From NCBI RefSeq assembly GCF_036321535.1, contig NC_087438.1, positions 310,001 to 372,000 of the forward strand: a stretch of DNA of 62,000 bases, read 5' to 3'. The translations under genes were made by a program, and so were the position numbers. The DNA is from Camelus dromedarius (Eukaryota). The notes under the pieces are model-generated. The model saw nothing but the letters and a program-made list of their open reading frames with translations. It did not search any database and had not been told where the DNA came from. The first letter of the stretch is position 1. Each line of letters begins with the position of its first letter. Below are positions 12,507-24,790 of the stretch, piece after piece.

Positions 12507-12760
12507 CGCCACCACCGTTCAGCGCCCTGTCCCGACGTTCATGTCGCGTGAGCCTTGCTGCGCTCGGCGGGACGCGCTGCGCCGGGGCCGCTGGACGCGC
12601 GGGGCCGACGAGACCAGCGTTGGGCGGCGCGGAGCCGAGCACGCTCTGGGTGCGGGCTGCTGTCCCGGTCCCCGCCCGCCTGGGTGGCCTTTAATCCGGC
12701 GGCCCCCTCCCGCCCCGGGGCGGGGCGGGGCCTTCCCACCCCCCACCCCCCCGCGCCGCG
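12507..12760 (-). promoter_or_regulatory. SLC9A3: SLC9A3 5' UTR and core promoter: atypical TATA (ATTAAA, 12690-12695) preceded by tandem Sp1/KLF GC boxes (~12700-12735)
   Basis: Minus strand reads ggccccgccccgccccggggcgggagggggccgccggATTAAAggcc. An ATTAAA element with upstream Sp1 sites is the described architecture of the rodent NHE3 promoter. TSS inferred near 12665. Confidence 0.8.
12519..12542 (-). other. Upstream ORF MNVGTGR* in the SLC9A3 5' UTR
   Basis: ATG AAC GTC GGG ACA GGG CGC TGA on the minus strand, 36 nt upstream of and in frame with the main ATG. Confidence 0.6.
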
Positions 12761-13779
12761 CACACGCGAGCACAGAGTCGCACGCTTTCTGCACGCCCGC
12801 CCGGCCTTCAGCGCACGCCCATCCGTGCTGGCCGGGCCCCTAGCCTCAACTCCCACCGCCGCGCCCCGCGAGACCCTTATCCTCTACCCCCACTGGCCTG
12901 CTCGCTCCCCGCCCTTCCCCCGCGCCCTCCCTCTGGCCAGGTCCTGGACCCTGGGCTGGAGGGCGCAGGCTGGCGACCGCCTCCCTTGGGGGCGGAGTAC
13001 AGCGCCGGGGGCAGGAGTGCGGGTGGCGAGCAGGGCGGGGGTCCCTGCCGGCTCCGGTGCCTCGGGCGCCCCTCAGTGGCCTTCGCTCAGCTCCTGAGTT
13101 GCCTGGAGTAGCTGTGGGCACGCTCACCCGGCGGCGCTCCTTACCCCTAAACACAGGACTGGGGCTGTGCAGACCCAGCTAAGGGCGAGAGTCAGAAGGG
13201 GGCCTGGCCTTAAGCCTCCTGCTGCCTTCAGCCCGAATCTGCATTTCATGACAGGATTAACCACCTGTTGGAAACCAGGGCCTCCCCTCCTGAACCTTGG
13301 GTGGTACAGCATCTTGGTCCCTCTGCCCTCCCCAACCCAGGATTGCCCCCGTTGCTTCCTGAGGGACCCCTCTGCTCTGACCTGGGAGCCCCAAGTAGAC
13401 CTCCAGCAGCACCCGTAGACCTCCAGCATGGGGACACCTGTGCCCTTCCTCCCGGAGGGCTTGGCCCCAAGTCATGCCCAGGCCTCAACCCTTCTTGCCA
13501 GTGCTGCTGACTGAGTGGACCACCCAGGCACCCTGGACTCTATAAGGCAAACACATCCTTCATCCCAGCCCCCAAACCCACCCTGCGTTCTGGGCAGCAT
13601 CTCTGTCAGCTGTGCCTCCCCAAACCTAGGAGGCAGGCCCCTGAGTCCGGTCTCTCAGAGTACCTGTCTGCCCTCCCTTCAGGACAGATAAGCCTCGCCT
13701 CTGCCCAAAGCCTGCTGCCCACCCCCTTCACCTGCCCGGGCTGCCCCCACAGACCCTCCAAATTAGAGGGAAGCCAAGC

Positions 13780-14110
13780 CCTCCCAGGACGCAGGCCCCT
13801 CCCTGACCTCCGAGCCTCCTTTTGGGAACCTCTGCTTTCTACCCTCAGCTCCCGAGGAGTTCGCTCTCATGTACCCTCCCCTCCTCCATGCCTCCACTGG
13901 ATTTATTTTCTGGTTGACTGCTGCCTCCATGGGAGCATCTGCTCCGTGAGTGAGGTGCTCCACAAAGCCCATGAGGCTCATGGCCGCATCCCCAGCTCCC
14001 GACACACTGCCCGGCACCCAGAGCACTCAGGAGATACTGGTTGGGGGGGTGGACAGACGGATGGACAGATGGGTGGGTGGGCAGGTGGTGAGTGAGTGGG
14101 TAGGTGGATG
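13780..14110 (+). mobile_element. L2 3' end with degenerate TGAA/TGGA tail
   Basis: cccagctcccgacacactgcccggcacccagagcactcaggagatactggttg followed by ggatggacagatgggtgggtgg. Confidence 0.55.
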
Positions 14111-15369
14111 GGTGCATCTCCTAACAGCTGTCTGTGTTGGGGTCCCATGAGGCTGGAGCAGTATGACTGTTCCTCGGGTTTGCTCCCCAGTTTCTTGCTG
14201 ATGGGAGTGACCATCTGGCATAGTGGAGGGCACGGGTTCAAGTCGGGTTCCGCTGGGCCTCCAGCCTCAAGCGTTGTTGCGAGCACCAGGGTCAGGGGTG
14301 GGGGAGGCCACCAGGGATGCGGCCTGGTGCCGTGGTCCATGCTGGGCTCAGCCGTGTCCAGGTTTCTGCCCCAGCCCCATTCTCAGCCTCCAGTCCTGGA
14401 GACAGAGTCAGCGCAACAAGAGCAGGGTTACCTCCAGCTCAGCACAGGGCTCCTGGGTGGAGCCTTTAGGAAGAGTGGCCTCTTTGAAGACTGTGCCCTT
14501 GCATTCCACAGGAAGGCCACGTTCCCACCAGAACGGCATGTACTGGGGCACCCAGTGACCCTCCGGTCACATCACCCTCGGGGATTCTCACCAAGAACCT
14601 GTCCTGAGAACTCCCAGCATTTCTCCCTAGAGGAGCTGCTTCCGGGACCCAAGAGGCAGTTCAGAGGGCAGAAGAGCAGAGCGTCATCGTGTGTGCTTAC
14701 GGATTCAGAAGGAATGCTGACATCACCGTTGGCCACTGGGCGGTGTGCTGCAATGGTGAGCACGGGATGCCCAATGGACAGTCAAGGGCATGGTGAGGGC
14801 CTGGGGTGACCTCGCAGGGCAGGCATTGCTCCTTCAGCAGGACCTGTGGGCGTTTGTGGGCTGACTGCCTCTCCGGGCAGATGGTGTTGGAGAATGATGT
14901 GGTTGTGAGGGTACCTGCTGCCCCGACCAGCCTGGTCAGCTTAGGGGTGTGATGTGCACTGTCTCCTCCCCCCTGACACCCACGGCCCTCGACCCACTTC
15001 TCCACAGGGTCACCCCATGTGGATTGGGGCCATGGGCGGGGGCAGCCTCCACGACCTCCTTGTCTCTAACTGGAATGTGGTTTGGCAGGGCTGCAGCACC
15101 CTCTACTCCAGAGATACCAATGTGCACCTGCAAGACTTAAGAACAGCGCCCCCTGGAGTTGTGCTCCCTCCATGGCTGGGGACCAGATGTGCCCAGAGGG
15201 CTGACTGTGCTTGGGGGGGTGTGGGGGGCATCTTGGGTAGTGTCCTCTGGACTCTGCAGGAGTGTGATGGTCTGAAAACAGCCCCTCTCTTGCCACCACC
15301 TGGCCGCCCCGAGCCTCCCCAACCTGGTCCCGCCCCGTGGGTGGCCCGTGGGTTTGTGGGCACACACGC

Positions 15370-15744
15370 TGTCTCGGTCTGCTTGTGCGGCCAGGACAAA
15401 GTGGCAGACTTGGAGCTTAGATGGCAGACCTATTTCCTCACAGAGTTGGAGGCTGCAAGTCCGAGATCAAGGCTGGACAGGGTTGGTTCCGCTTCCGGCG
15501 AGAGCCTCTTCCTGGCTTCCAGTCGCTGCCGTCTCCTCAGGCAGCCTTTCCTCAGAGCACAGGCAGGAGGGGAGAGATCTCTCTCCTCCTCTTCTTACAA
15601 GGCCGCGGATCCTATTGACTAGGGCCCCACTCTCGTGCCCTCATTCAGCCCAACTGCCTCCTAACCCCACCACCTCCAAACCCTACCACAGGCCGGGGGG
15701 AGCCTCAGCACAGGAGTTCCGGGGGACACGGTTCAGTCCATGAC
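15370..15744 (-). mobile_element. MLT1 (ERVL-MaLR) solo LTR
   Basis: Minus strand begins tgtcatggactgaaccgtgtcccc. Plus strand has tatttcctcacag..ggaggctgcaagtccgagatcaagg, characteristic of MLT1. Confidence 0.8.
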
Positions 15745-17654
15745 ACCCACGGGAAGGCCACAACCATGCAGCGTAATCCAGAAAGTTAAGATAATGCAAG
15801 TAATCAGTCCAAAAAGAGCTGCGACCTCCCTCGCTTGCTGGGAACCTCACGTCAAGCAGACAAAAGTGGAAAACCTCGCATCTGGTCCGTCATGCTGGCC
15901 TTGGCTATGCGTTTCATTCGCGTGGTTGGTTTGTGAGAAACAGCCTGTGAATAAAGAGGCAAAGGCTTTGGTCTGTCTGTCCTTTTGTTGACAACGCGCG
16001 AGGGACGACAGATGTTTTCGTGCGGCTTTAAGTCGGGGGACGCGCACACAGGCTCTCACCCCCCAGCCGAACGGTCGCCCACAAGTTCCTCTGAAGGGGG
16101 GAGCGGGGACCCCCAGCAGCCATTCCCACACTCCCTCTTCTGTCTGCTGAGCACCTGCTCTGTGCCTCAGGCGACAGCCTCTCTGGGGGCTGGCCAAAGC
16201 TACCATAACTGAACACCTACCACTTCTTGTCTGATTGCTGGAAAAAGTAACGCTTCTCAAACAGGTCATGAGTCCGGCTCCTCTGGTCTGCCGTCAGGCT
16301 TTGAGGTCTCGGGCAAGCCTGGAGATTTTGAGGTCCTAAGGCCGCGCTTGCAGGGAAGGGGCCTCTGGACATTCCGGCAGTGGCACCATCCTGTCCCCAC
16401 CGTCTCCAGGACCACCCCCCAACCCCCCAGCTGTGGGGTCACGGTCACACCCCCCGCCATCCCACCACCAGGATGTCAGGCCAGCGGTCTGAGGCAGGGT
16501 TGAGGTACCTGGGGCTGTGGGCTGAGCCGTGGGGGTGGTGAGGCAGCAGGGCCCGGGCTGGGGTTGGGGGCCACCACAGGCAGGGTCTCAGCCCTCCTGT
16601 GATGCACAGTATGGGGCCAGATACCCACAGGCCCAGCGCCTAGCAGGTCGGGGACTATGCCTGCGCTCCCGGCCCTTGGGAACGCTGGGGACCCTCCCCG
16701 ACTCCACTGGCTGGAAGGCCCCACTCCCACCCCTCCATCCACTGACGTCACTCTGACCCCCACCCATACTTGCAGCCTGGATACAGGGACCCTTGGCAGG
16801 ACCCCCACTCTCTGGGCCCCGCCCCTTCCCCCAGGGTCCCAGCCCCCATCCCCTTCCTCCTGGGAGAGGCTTCTTCCACAGACACAGCCCCTGGCACCTG
16901 GTGCCATCCCCCTGCTGGGACTCCTCCGGGATCCAGCCCCTTCCCTGAAAATGGCCCTGGAACCCTTGGCCCGCAGCCCACGCTGCTGGTGCTGAGACAC
17001 AGTAAAGACCCCTCGGGTGGGGTGTGTGTGGGCCCTGTGTCCAGGGACCTGCCCTCCTGGCCCCCAGGACACAGCTGGACCCTCCTAAGCCCCGTGGTGC
17101 ATGGACCCAGGAGAGTTCCGGGCTGGCCCTGCGACCAACGACATCACCTGACAGATTCAGGGAAAGTGGGAGCCCATCACGGAGGCAGGAGGAATGTTTG
17201 GGAGAACTGAAAATCCACTTGGGACGAGACAGACCACCAGGAAACGCTCAGCAAACAGAACAGAAGCCGATCTGGTGAACTAACCCGACACACGGAGTCT
17301 GCACACACTCGACAATTAGCGAGGAAGCGCCGGGAGGCTGCGCCGAGGCCAGGACGCGCCAAGGCTGCCTCCACGACTCTGCACGAGGGCCGGCGTGCGG
17401 GGGCAGAGGGATGGAGGGCGTGGGAGTGGGGGACGGGGCGGAACTCGGCAGGTGACTTCGCTGTCTCGGGTGACGCCCAAAGCCTCAGACAGATTATTGG
17501 AGTTATTGCTACAGAACCAGTCCCAGGTCCGTACGCTGCAACACCCCCTCTAGAAAATGAAAGTTAACTTAAAAGTGCTGTTTACCCAGCGTCCAAAACA
17601 CAGAACACCGAGGGGGAAGCATCTAACGGACGTGCAGGACACGCGGGGAGAATT

Positions 17655-18840
17655 CTCCAGTGAGGCGGCTCGGCCTGGACTTTTCTGGGTGGAAAAGCTT
17701 TGACTTAGGGATTTAATTCTTCAGTGGATGTAAGACTACTCAGACTTTTAATTTCTTTTTGTGTCCATTTTGGTAAATTGAATTTTCAGGGGTTTCGCCC
17801 GTTCCATCAGACACGTCGTGCTCATCGCTGCAAAGTCCACAGCAGCGATTCGCGGTGCTTCCTGTGTCTGGGAGGCTCTGCTTTCCGTCTTGTTCGTGGT
17901 CAGTGCTGCTGGAGGTCGACTGACGTCAGCGATGTTTTCACAGAACCAGACTTCGGTCCTGCTGACTTTCCCGGCTGTCTTTCTGTCTTCTGGTTCATAG
18001 GCTTGTTGTCTCTCTCCTTCCTTCCTGGAATTTCTTGGACATTCTTTTTCTAGTTTCTTGAACTGGAAGCTTAAGTTGTTGACTTTCAGTCTTTCTTCTT
18101 TTTTATGTATGACTTTTCCAGTTAGGACTGTAGAATTCCCTCTGATGACTACTTGGCTGCGTCCCAGTGATTTCAATGCGGTGCATTCTCCTCACTCAGC
18201 TCAAAATATTTTCTGATTTCTGTTGTAATTTCTTCTTTGACGTAAGTTACGCAGAACGGTGCTGCTTAGACGCACGATTTCCAAGCATCTGGAGCTCTTT
18301 CCTGGTCTCTTTCTGTCAGTGAGAGCTCATATCCCACCGTGACCAGAGAACACACGCTGTGTGAATTCAGTCCTTTTACATGAGTTTAAACTTGCTCTGT
18401 GGTTTAGAATCTGGGCTATTTTGGTAAATATTCTGTGTGTTCTTGACAAGAGTGTGTGTTCTGTAGGATGCTGGGCTCTGTCGCTTGTGCGCTGGGTCAG
18501 TCTGGTGGTCGTGCTCTTCCCGTCTGTGTTCTCACTGATTTCGGTAACCGAGAGTGAGTTAAAGTCTCCGCCCCGATGGTCCCTTGTCTGTCGCTTGGTT
18601 CCTTGGCTTGTGCTGTCTGGGATTTGAGCCATGTTTTGGGGCTGCTGTGGCTTCAGGTTGAACTGGCTCTTTATCACTGTGGAATGTCCTTCTTTATCTC
18701 TCATAAACTTCTTACCTCAAGTCTCTGACACTCAGGTAGCCCCTCCAGCTTTCCGCAGGTTAATGTGTGGAAGGAGAAGCATTGTCCATCCTTCGGTTTT
18801 CCATCTGTGTCTTTACATTTAAGGTGCGTTTTTTGTTTTC
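17655..18840 (-). mobile_element. L1 ORF2 remnant (endonuclease to pre-RT region)
   Basis: Degenerate peptides RDKEGH..GGDFNS..HRIFTKIAQILNHRASLN, IHKKEERLKVNNLSFQFKKLEKE and a KSPGP-like motif. Confidence 0.85.
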
Positions 18841-21800
18841 TCGTCAAGTCTGACAAGGTTTATGTCTCTGCAAATGGAGACCCAGAGCCGTCAAGATCTG
18901 GGCATGGCCGTTTCCGGGAGCAGCCGCCATCCGACATTCCTGTCACCTACAAGGCCCAGCTGGGGACGCGCTCCCCTCGGTTCTGCCGCTTGCTTGGACG
19001 CAGCTGAGATGCCTCCGTGAGCTCAGGCATTTCCTCTGCCTTTTGGGCTCCGTTCTTCTTCCCAGGAGCTCACATTCAGTTCCCTTCAGCAGAGATGTGC
19101 GTGGACCACGAGGCCCTGCATGTAGCACGGGTGCCCCAGCTGCCCAGTCCACACATGGGAAGCGGCCCCTCATCCACAAACATCAGAGAACAGCTCTCAG
19201 GAGCCCTGATCAGGGCGGAAGCCATCCGAGGGGCAGCGGCCACAAGGACCCCCGCACCTACCCTGGTCCAACCTTGTTCGTCTCTGCCCTGCTGTGTTCC
19301 ACGTCATTGTTCACGCAGAATTCAGCTATCATGGAGTCCCTGAGGCGTTTCACAGGTGAGTGACCATGCAGACCTCCTCCTCCCTTCCTCCCAGGCCCAG
19401 GACCCCGCGGACTCTGGGGTGTGTCCCTGCCAGACAGCAGGCTTACTGGGCTGAGCCTTTGGATCTGCCTGTGTTCCAGGGACTCACTCACAGCCGCACT
19501 CCCGGTCCTGCTGGACCACCCTCCGGGAGGGCCCAAGCCCCCCAAAGACAACGCAGCAGCCCTTTAGCCAGACCCCAGGCTGCATGCTGGCCGCAGACCC
19601 CTAGAGTGTGAGCTGGGTGCCCATCCTGCCCGCCACCTGGGAGTGCGGGGCATTGCACAGCTCCAATCCCCTGGGTGGGATGCTGACTCCTGGGCTGCGG
19701 GGCTGTGCCCACTGTTGAGTGAACGGGAGTTTGGGATGGGCATGGAGGGTGGTGCCTGCTCTCCGACTCACTGCTCCTCCCCAGCCGGATCCTGCCAGTC
19801 ACCGCGGGAGGCAGCGCTGGGCGCGGGTCACCACTCCGCCTACCCACCAAGGCCTCTTCGCTCTGGTTCCGCAGACGTTTCCGCTAGGCGCACCCTCTCC
19901 CCATGGGGACGGCCAGGTGAGCCTCACACGTCTACTCTTCATGCTTCCACTGGAACCAGGAGGGCCTGGGAGCCCAGGTATTTCTGGTCAGAAGCCTGAG
20001 ATGGAAGGTGCCCCCCAGGCCCCCACCTGCCTCGAGCAAGATCTTGTTTATGTCGATGAGACTGAGTTTCCCCGAGTGGCCGGCCACCTGCTGCGGTGCT
20101 CGCCTGTGCGCGGCCCAGAGGCTTCGTCTGCAGCCAGTGCTGTGCACTGTGGTGGGTCCCTGCCCCTGAAACTGGCAATGGTCTGGGGCAGGCGGGCCAG
20201 CCGCCCTGCTCCTCCGACCTCCCGGGGGCAGTGTGTGCAGGAGCCCCCCCAGGGCTGCTGGAGATGGGCCAGGTCCCCTTGGGCCCGAAAGCCGTGCTCT
20301 CCCAGCCCCGCCCGCAGCCCCACCTCACCAGGAGATCGATAGTATCAGGCCGGGCCCAGAGCAAACAGTCCCCAGGAAGGCCCGGTGACAACAGCCGGAC
20401 CAGGAGCGCGGGGCAGCAGGGCTTTGCGCAAGGGCTGGCGTGGGGTACGCGCAGGCTCGGGAGGCTCGGCGGCCTTGGGCTCGTGCCGCCAGTGTGCGCT
20501 GAGACCGCCATCCGCCAGCGGTGCTGGGGGCCGCGGGTGCGCCTGGGATGAGCCCCGTTTACCAGGGTGGACCACCTCTGTTAACACCCCTGAGAGCAGT
20601 TCCTCTGAAAAGGATCCAGAGCGGTTTCTCCGGGGATAACCTCAGCTCTCTCGCTTGCGCGCCCTGAAAATTGGCTGCGAGCGTTTCTGTGCCTCTGTCC
20701 TTGTATCCTCACTCTCAGGTGCAAGCTGGTCTGGCTGGGAGGCTGAGGTTCACCGCGAATCGGAGGCCTTGACTGAGGCCTGGGTTCACGCCCCCCACGG
20801 GTGCTGAGGGGGGCCGTCGTGAGGGACTCGTCCCTGCAGTGGGGATCCCATCCCGGCCCACCTGGCCCACCTCCAGCATCCGCAGAACCTGGAGGAGTGG
20901 GGGCTGTGGTGCTGGGGTGCAGATGGCTCTGGGGGCAGAGCTGGACCCGCGGCTGCCTCTGTCACAGCTCAGGTGGGCTGGGTGCTACAGATGGTTCTGG
21001 GGCCTGTCAGTGTCCCCTTTGGGACTGTCCCCACTTAGGAAGCCTGCCGCAAATGCCACAGGCCCCTATTTGCAGGAGTTCACACTGGCCCGAGCCAGGG
21101 CCCCAAGGCTCTGGTGAGGACTCACAGGCAGAATCAATGATCAGAGTTTGAGTCTCGAAACCCACTGGTGGTGAGGATGCAGCCCCTCCTCCGCTGCCCC
21201 CTGAGCCTCAGAGCAGCGAGCACGGCTGCTGCTGGGACCCCAGGCCCTGCGCTCAGGGTAGCTCTGCCCCCGACCTCCCCAACAAAGGCTCTGACCACCT
21301 CGTGTGTTGCCTGAACCCAAAGGCAGGGGCATGGAGCCAGGCCCCCAGGACAGCGTGTGGGCCCCCAGCGGGACCAGCACGCTCACCTGGTGATGGAAAG
21401 TTTTCACCTGGAGGAGTGTCTGCGGGCGTGTGTAGTGGGAAGGCACATTCCTCAGCGAGGAGGCCAGGTGAGCAGGGCTCTCATTTGCACAAATTAGCCT
21501 TTCAGATGGCAGCACTGCTCATGCAAGACCTGCTTGGCACAGAGCGGCTCCGGGGGGTGCTCGGCGTCCAGGCACAGCCAGGTCCTGCCTGCCCCCACAC
21601 AGCCTCTTTCCCCGAGGCCCCGGGCAAGAGCTGACCTGCCTTCCTCAGAAGGGCCACGGGGAAGACAGAGGCTCTGTCTGTGCAGGCCGCCAGGACGGGG
21701 CGGCCAGCGGGCTCAGCCCTCTCTGGCCTGATGTTTCCGCTGGTGCTTTCGTAAAAGAGACGTTGATCCCCTGCTCAGCGAGGACACTGGGACGCACTGT

Positions 21801-22884
21801 GCCTGAGCTGTCTGGAGTGACCCCGAATAATCCTGAACCCCCTGTTGAGGGGGCTCAGCATGGGGCACTCATCTGTGTCTGGGCAGGAGGCGGACCCCAG
21901 CCCACTGTCCCACCCAGGCAGTTCCACCGTAACTCCCGGGGGCCTCCCTGGGGCCCTGTAGAGCCTCCTGTGGTGGCCGTGCGGGGAGGCAGTGAAGGGG
22001 AGGCCATTGTGGGGGGCCCGAGGGAGGGAGGCTTTCCATCTGGATGCCGCACGGGACAAGTGTTTCACATGTCCCAGGGGATCTCTGGAGCCCAGTCCTG
22101 CTGACGTGTGTGGCACACCTGCCAAGGGGGCCATCGTGTGCTGGTCCAGACTTATCTGAGAAACAGCCCGAAAACAGAAATAAGAGCTCTGGAGGAGCTG
22201 TCCCCACTGGAGGAAGAGGACCCAAGGAAGACCGCCTGGTTCCTGAAGACCCTGGTGTTCACTGTCGGCCACCAGCCAGGAGGGCGAAGAGGATGGCCGC
22301 TGGCCCCCAGGCAGAGGGCAGGGAGGTCCCTGCAGGTCCAAATGCATGTCTCCAGGCTCCCAGATGCCCCACAGGGACCCTGTCCTTCCACGTACCAGTC
22401 GGATCCCACGGGATGAGGAAGCCAAGGATGGGATCCGGCCAGGCCCCTCAGTGGCTCAGCACACCTGCCCACATCCTCAGTATGCGTCTCCCACAGGATC
22501 TCCTGAGTGAGGCCACTGGGTGGTGAGGGTGTGCAGATGGCTGGGGCCAGGGGGCCCAGCCGGGCACCACATGCAGGGATGCTCCCACCTGCCATTGCTC
22601 CCCTGGCCCAGCCTCTGGGGCCAAAGAAGTCCCGAGATCCTCTCTGCACCTGCACCATTGCCAGGGCCTCTCCAGGGATGCCCCTGCCCCAGCACCCCAG
22701 CCAGGGGACACCAGGACTGGGCCTCAGAGCCACACTTTGCCAGGACCAGCATTTGTCCCAGGGACGTCAACGCAGGCCCCTTGGACGCCCTCTGCAGGTC
22801 CCGGGCGTCTGGCCTGTCTGCTAGTGGCACTATGTCTGCCCAGCACCATGCCTGCCACGACACAGGCGCTTTCGGGGGAGGGGG

Positions 22885-22935
22885 ACGTGGCCTTTCTGTG
22901 ACTCAGTTTCCCATCTGTAAAATGAGTGTGAAATA
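22885..22935 (+). mobile_element. MIR core fragment
   Basis: ctttctgtgactcagtttcccatctgtaaaatgag. Confidence 0.6.
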
Positions 22936-24639
22936 GAAGAAGGGAGAATGGGGGGCTGCACCTCCCTCTTTGGTGGGGAAACGGGCACAGAGGGACAGCA
23001 TTTTGCCCCAGGCTATGTGACTGAGGGCGCCCTGCCCCGTGCATCATGGGCCTGTCTGTGGGGACTCTGTGGGCAGAAGCCAGCACCACTGGGCTGAGAC
23101 TCTCACTGGCCAAGGTCTTGTCGGGCAAGGGAGGGCACTGAGCCGTCACCCCGAGAAGCAGCCTGAGAAGGCCTCCCCCCTCCTCAGCTCCAGGCCGGGG
23201 TTGCGGGGTCGTGGCGTCGTGGGGCTCCTGGCCCCACCAGCTCCAGGCAGCTCAGACTAGAGCCCCGGGGCTGCCTCCAGGGTCCAGCTGTGCTCCCTCC
23301 GGCTTCCATTCCCCCTGCTGGAGAGGACGTGCTCCATCCTGGATGAGCCCTCAGCCCCATACTCACCCATCCTGAGACCTCGCAGCGACCTTGCAGGACG
23401 GAACCTGCCCAGGGCCATGTGGCGAGGGCACCAGCTGGGACAGGCTGCCCTGGGCTGGCCCTGGCTGGGCCGAGGTCAATTGGGAGCTGTAAAGGAGACA
23501 CAGCCATGCCAGACATAAACTGGCCTTCTTTCCAGAAATAGGAGTCTCCAGGTTTATTGAGCATAATTCTGAGGAAGAACTGGGAAAGTAGTCTGAGTCA
23601 CCGTTTAGTGGCCCGAAGCGGGTGTGGAGGCACGTGCCACTCCCCCGGGCTCCGGCAGCCCCCGGCCAGGCCGCAACAGTGGCGACCACAGAGGCTGGGG
23701 AGACAGCGTCCAAGTTCAAGTTTTCCCAGTTCAGAGGTGCCTCAATGGGCTCCAGCCAAGCCCCGGATGGACACTGGCACCCAACCTCTGGACGACCCCG
23801 TGGCTGGGCTGCCAGGAAACACCGGCCACAAGACCAGATTTCAGGAATACGTTTTCAGTGTTAATCTCTCCTGTTCTTGCACTTCAGCCTGTGGAAACAA
23901 GGGTGTTGTTCTTGGAGATGCGTGTGTCCCAGCAGGATAGCACATCAGGCCCCCTCCTACACTCACCTCCGCAGAGGCTCGCCTGGCCACTGTCAGCCAG
24001 AACCAGCCTCAGAAACAGAGGCGAGTGGACGCCTGCTTGCCGCTTCTCGCACGTGGAAATGTCATCCCAGTGACTGCGATCACATAATGTTGGCCCATGG
24101 CCGGCCCCCTGCTTGCCTGCCCGCAGTCCTCGGTGTCTGCTGAGTTACCCTTTGGGTTGGGACCAAGGTCTCCTGTATTTAACCCAACTTTGCGTTTATG
24201 AAAACATACAGACAGAACACGCTCCAGGCTCACGTGTGTATGTCCACAATGTGGCCAGCCCAGCCTCACCATTCCCAGCCGCGCTGGCTGCCCCACTGGC
24301 TCCAGCTGAGGACGTGGACTGGCTGGCGTGCTCACCTGCAAATGAATGCACTCCTTGTTCTGTCTCGAACTTCCCTGTTTAAAGACCAGGAGTTGTATAC
24401 ACAGGAACACAAGAACCCCTGAGTACACCCCTGGACCTCATTCAATACCCATGGGAATCCCGCACAGCCCAGCCCCACATGCCCATCCACACCGCCTAAC
24501 CCTGTTTGAAAGCAAAGAAGCTGAAGGCTTTGATCAATCACTACAAATCGTAGGGCCCAGAACCCCCAGCTGCCCTGGCTGCGGACATCCTCCCTGAGGG
24601 GCAGCGGTGTGGTGGGTGGGCCGGTGGGGGAATCCTGCC

Positions 24640-24790
24640 CTCAGGCTGGCTGGCTGTGTTGCCTTTGGGGAGTTACTTAACCTCTCTGTGTAGGATTTCT
24701 TCATCTGTCAGATGAGGCGATGGCAACGGCACGCAGTCCGTGGACTCCACGTGGGGGTCCAGCGTCCAGGCCTAGTGATGAGGTGCAGGT
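24640..24790 (+). mobile_element. MIR fragment
   Basis: ggctgtgt..agttacttaacctctctgtg..tttcttcatctgtcagatgagg. Confidence 0.65.

Larger units (their letters stand above)
11900..13140. promoter_or_regulatory. CpG island spanning the SLC9A3 promoter and exon 1
   Basis: Visibly very high GC and CpG density (cgcgcg, gcggcgc runs) relative to the flanks. Confidence 0.88.

Noticed and set aside
12183..13154. Several 90-195 aa ORFs over the promoter
   Set aside because: Expected stop-codon scarcity in a CpG island; R/P/A/G-rich with no homology.
17470..17700. Opposite-orientation L1 pieces suggesting a twin-priming inversion
   Set aside because: The pieces converge tail-to-tail, whereas twin priming joins them head-to-head. 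The plus-strand piece is also too degraded to call.
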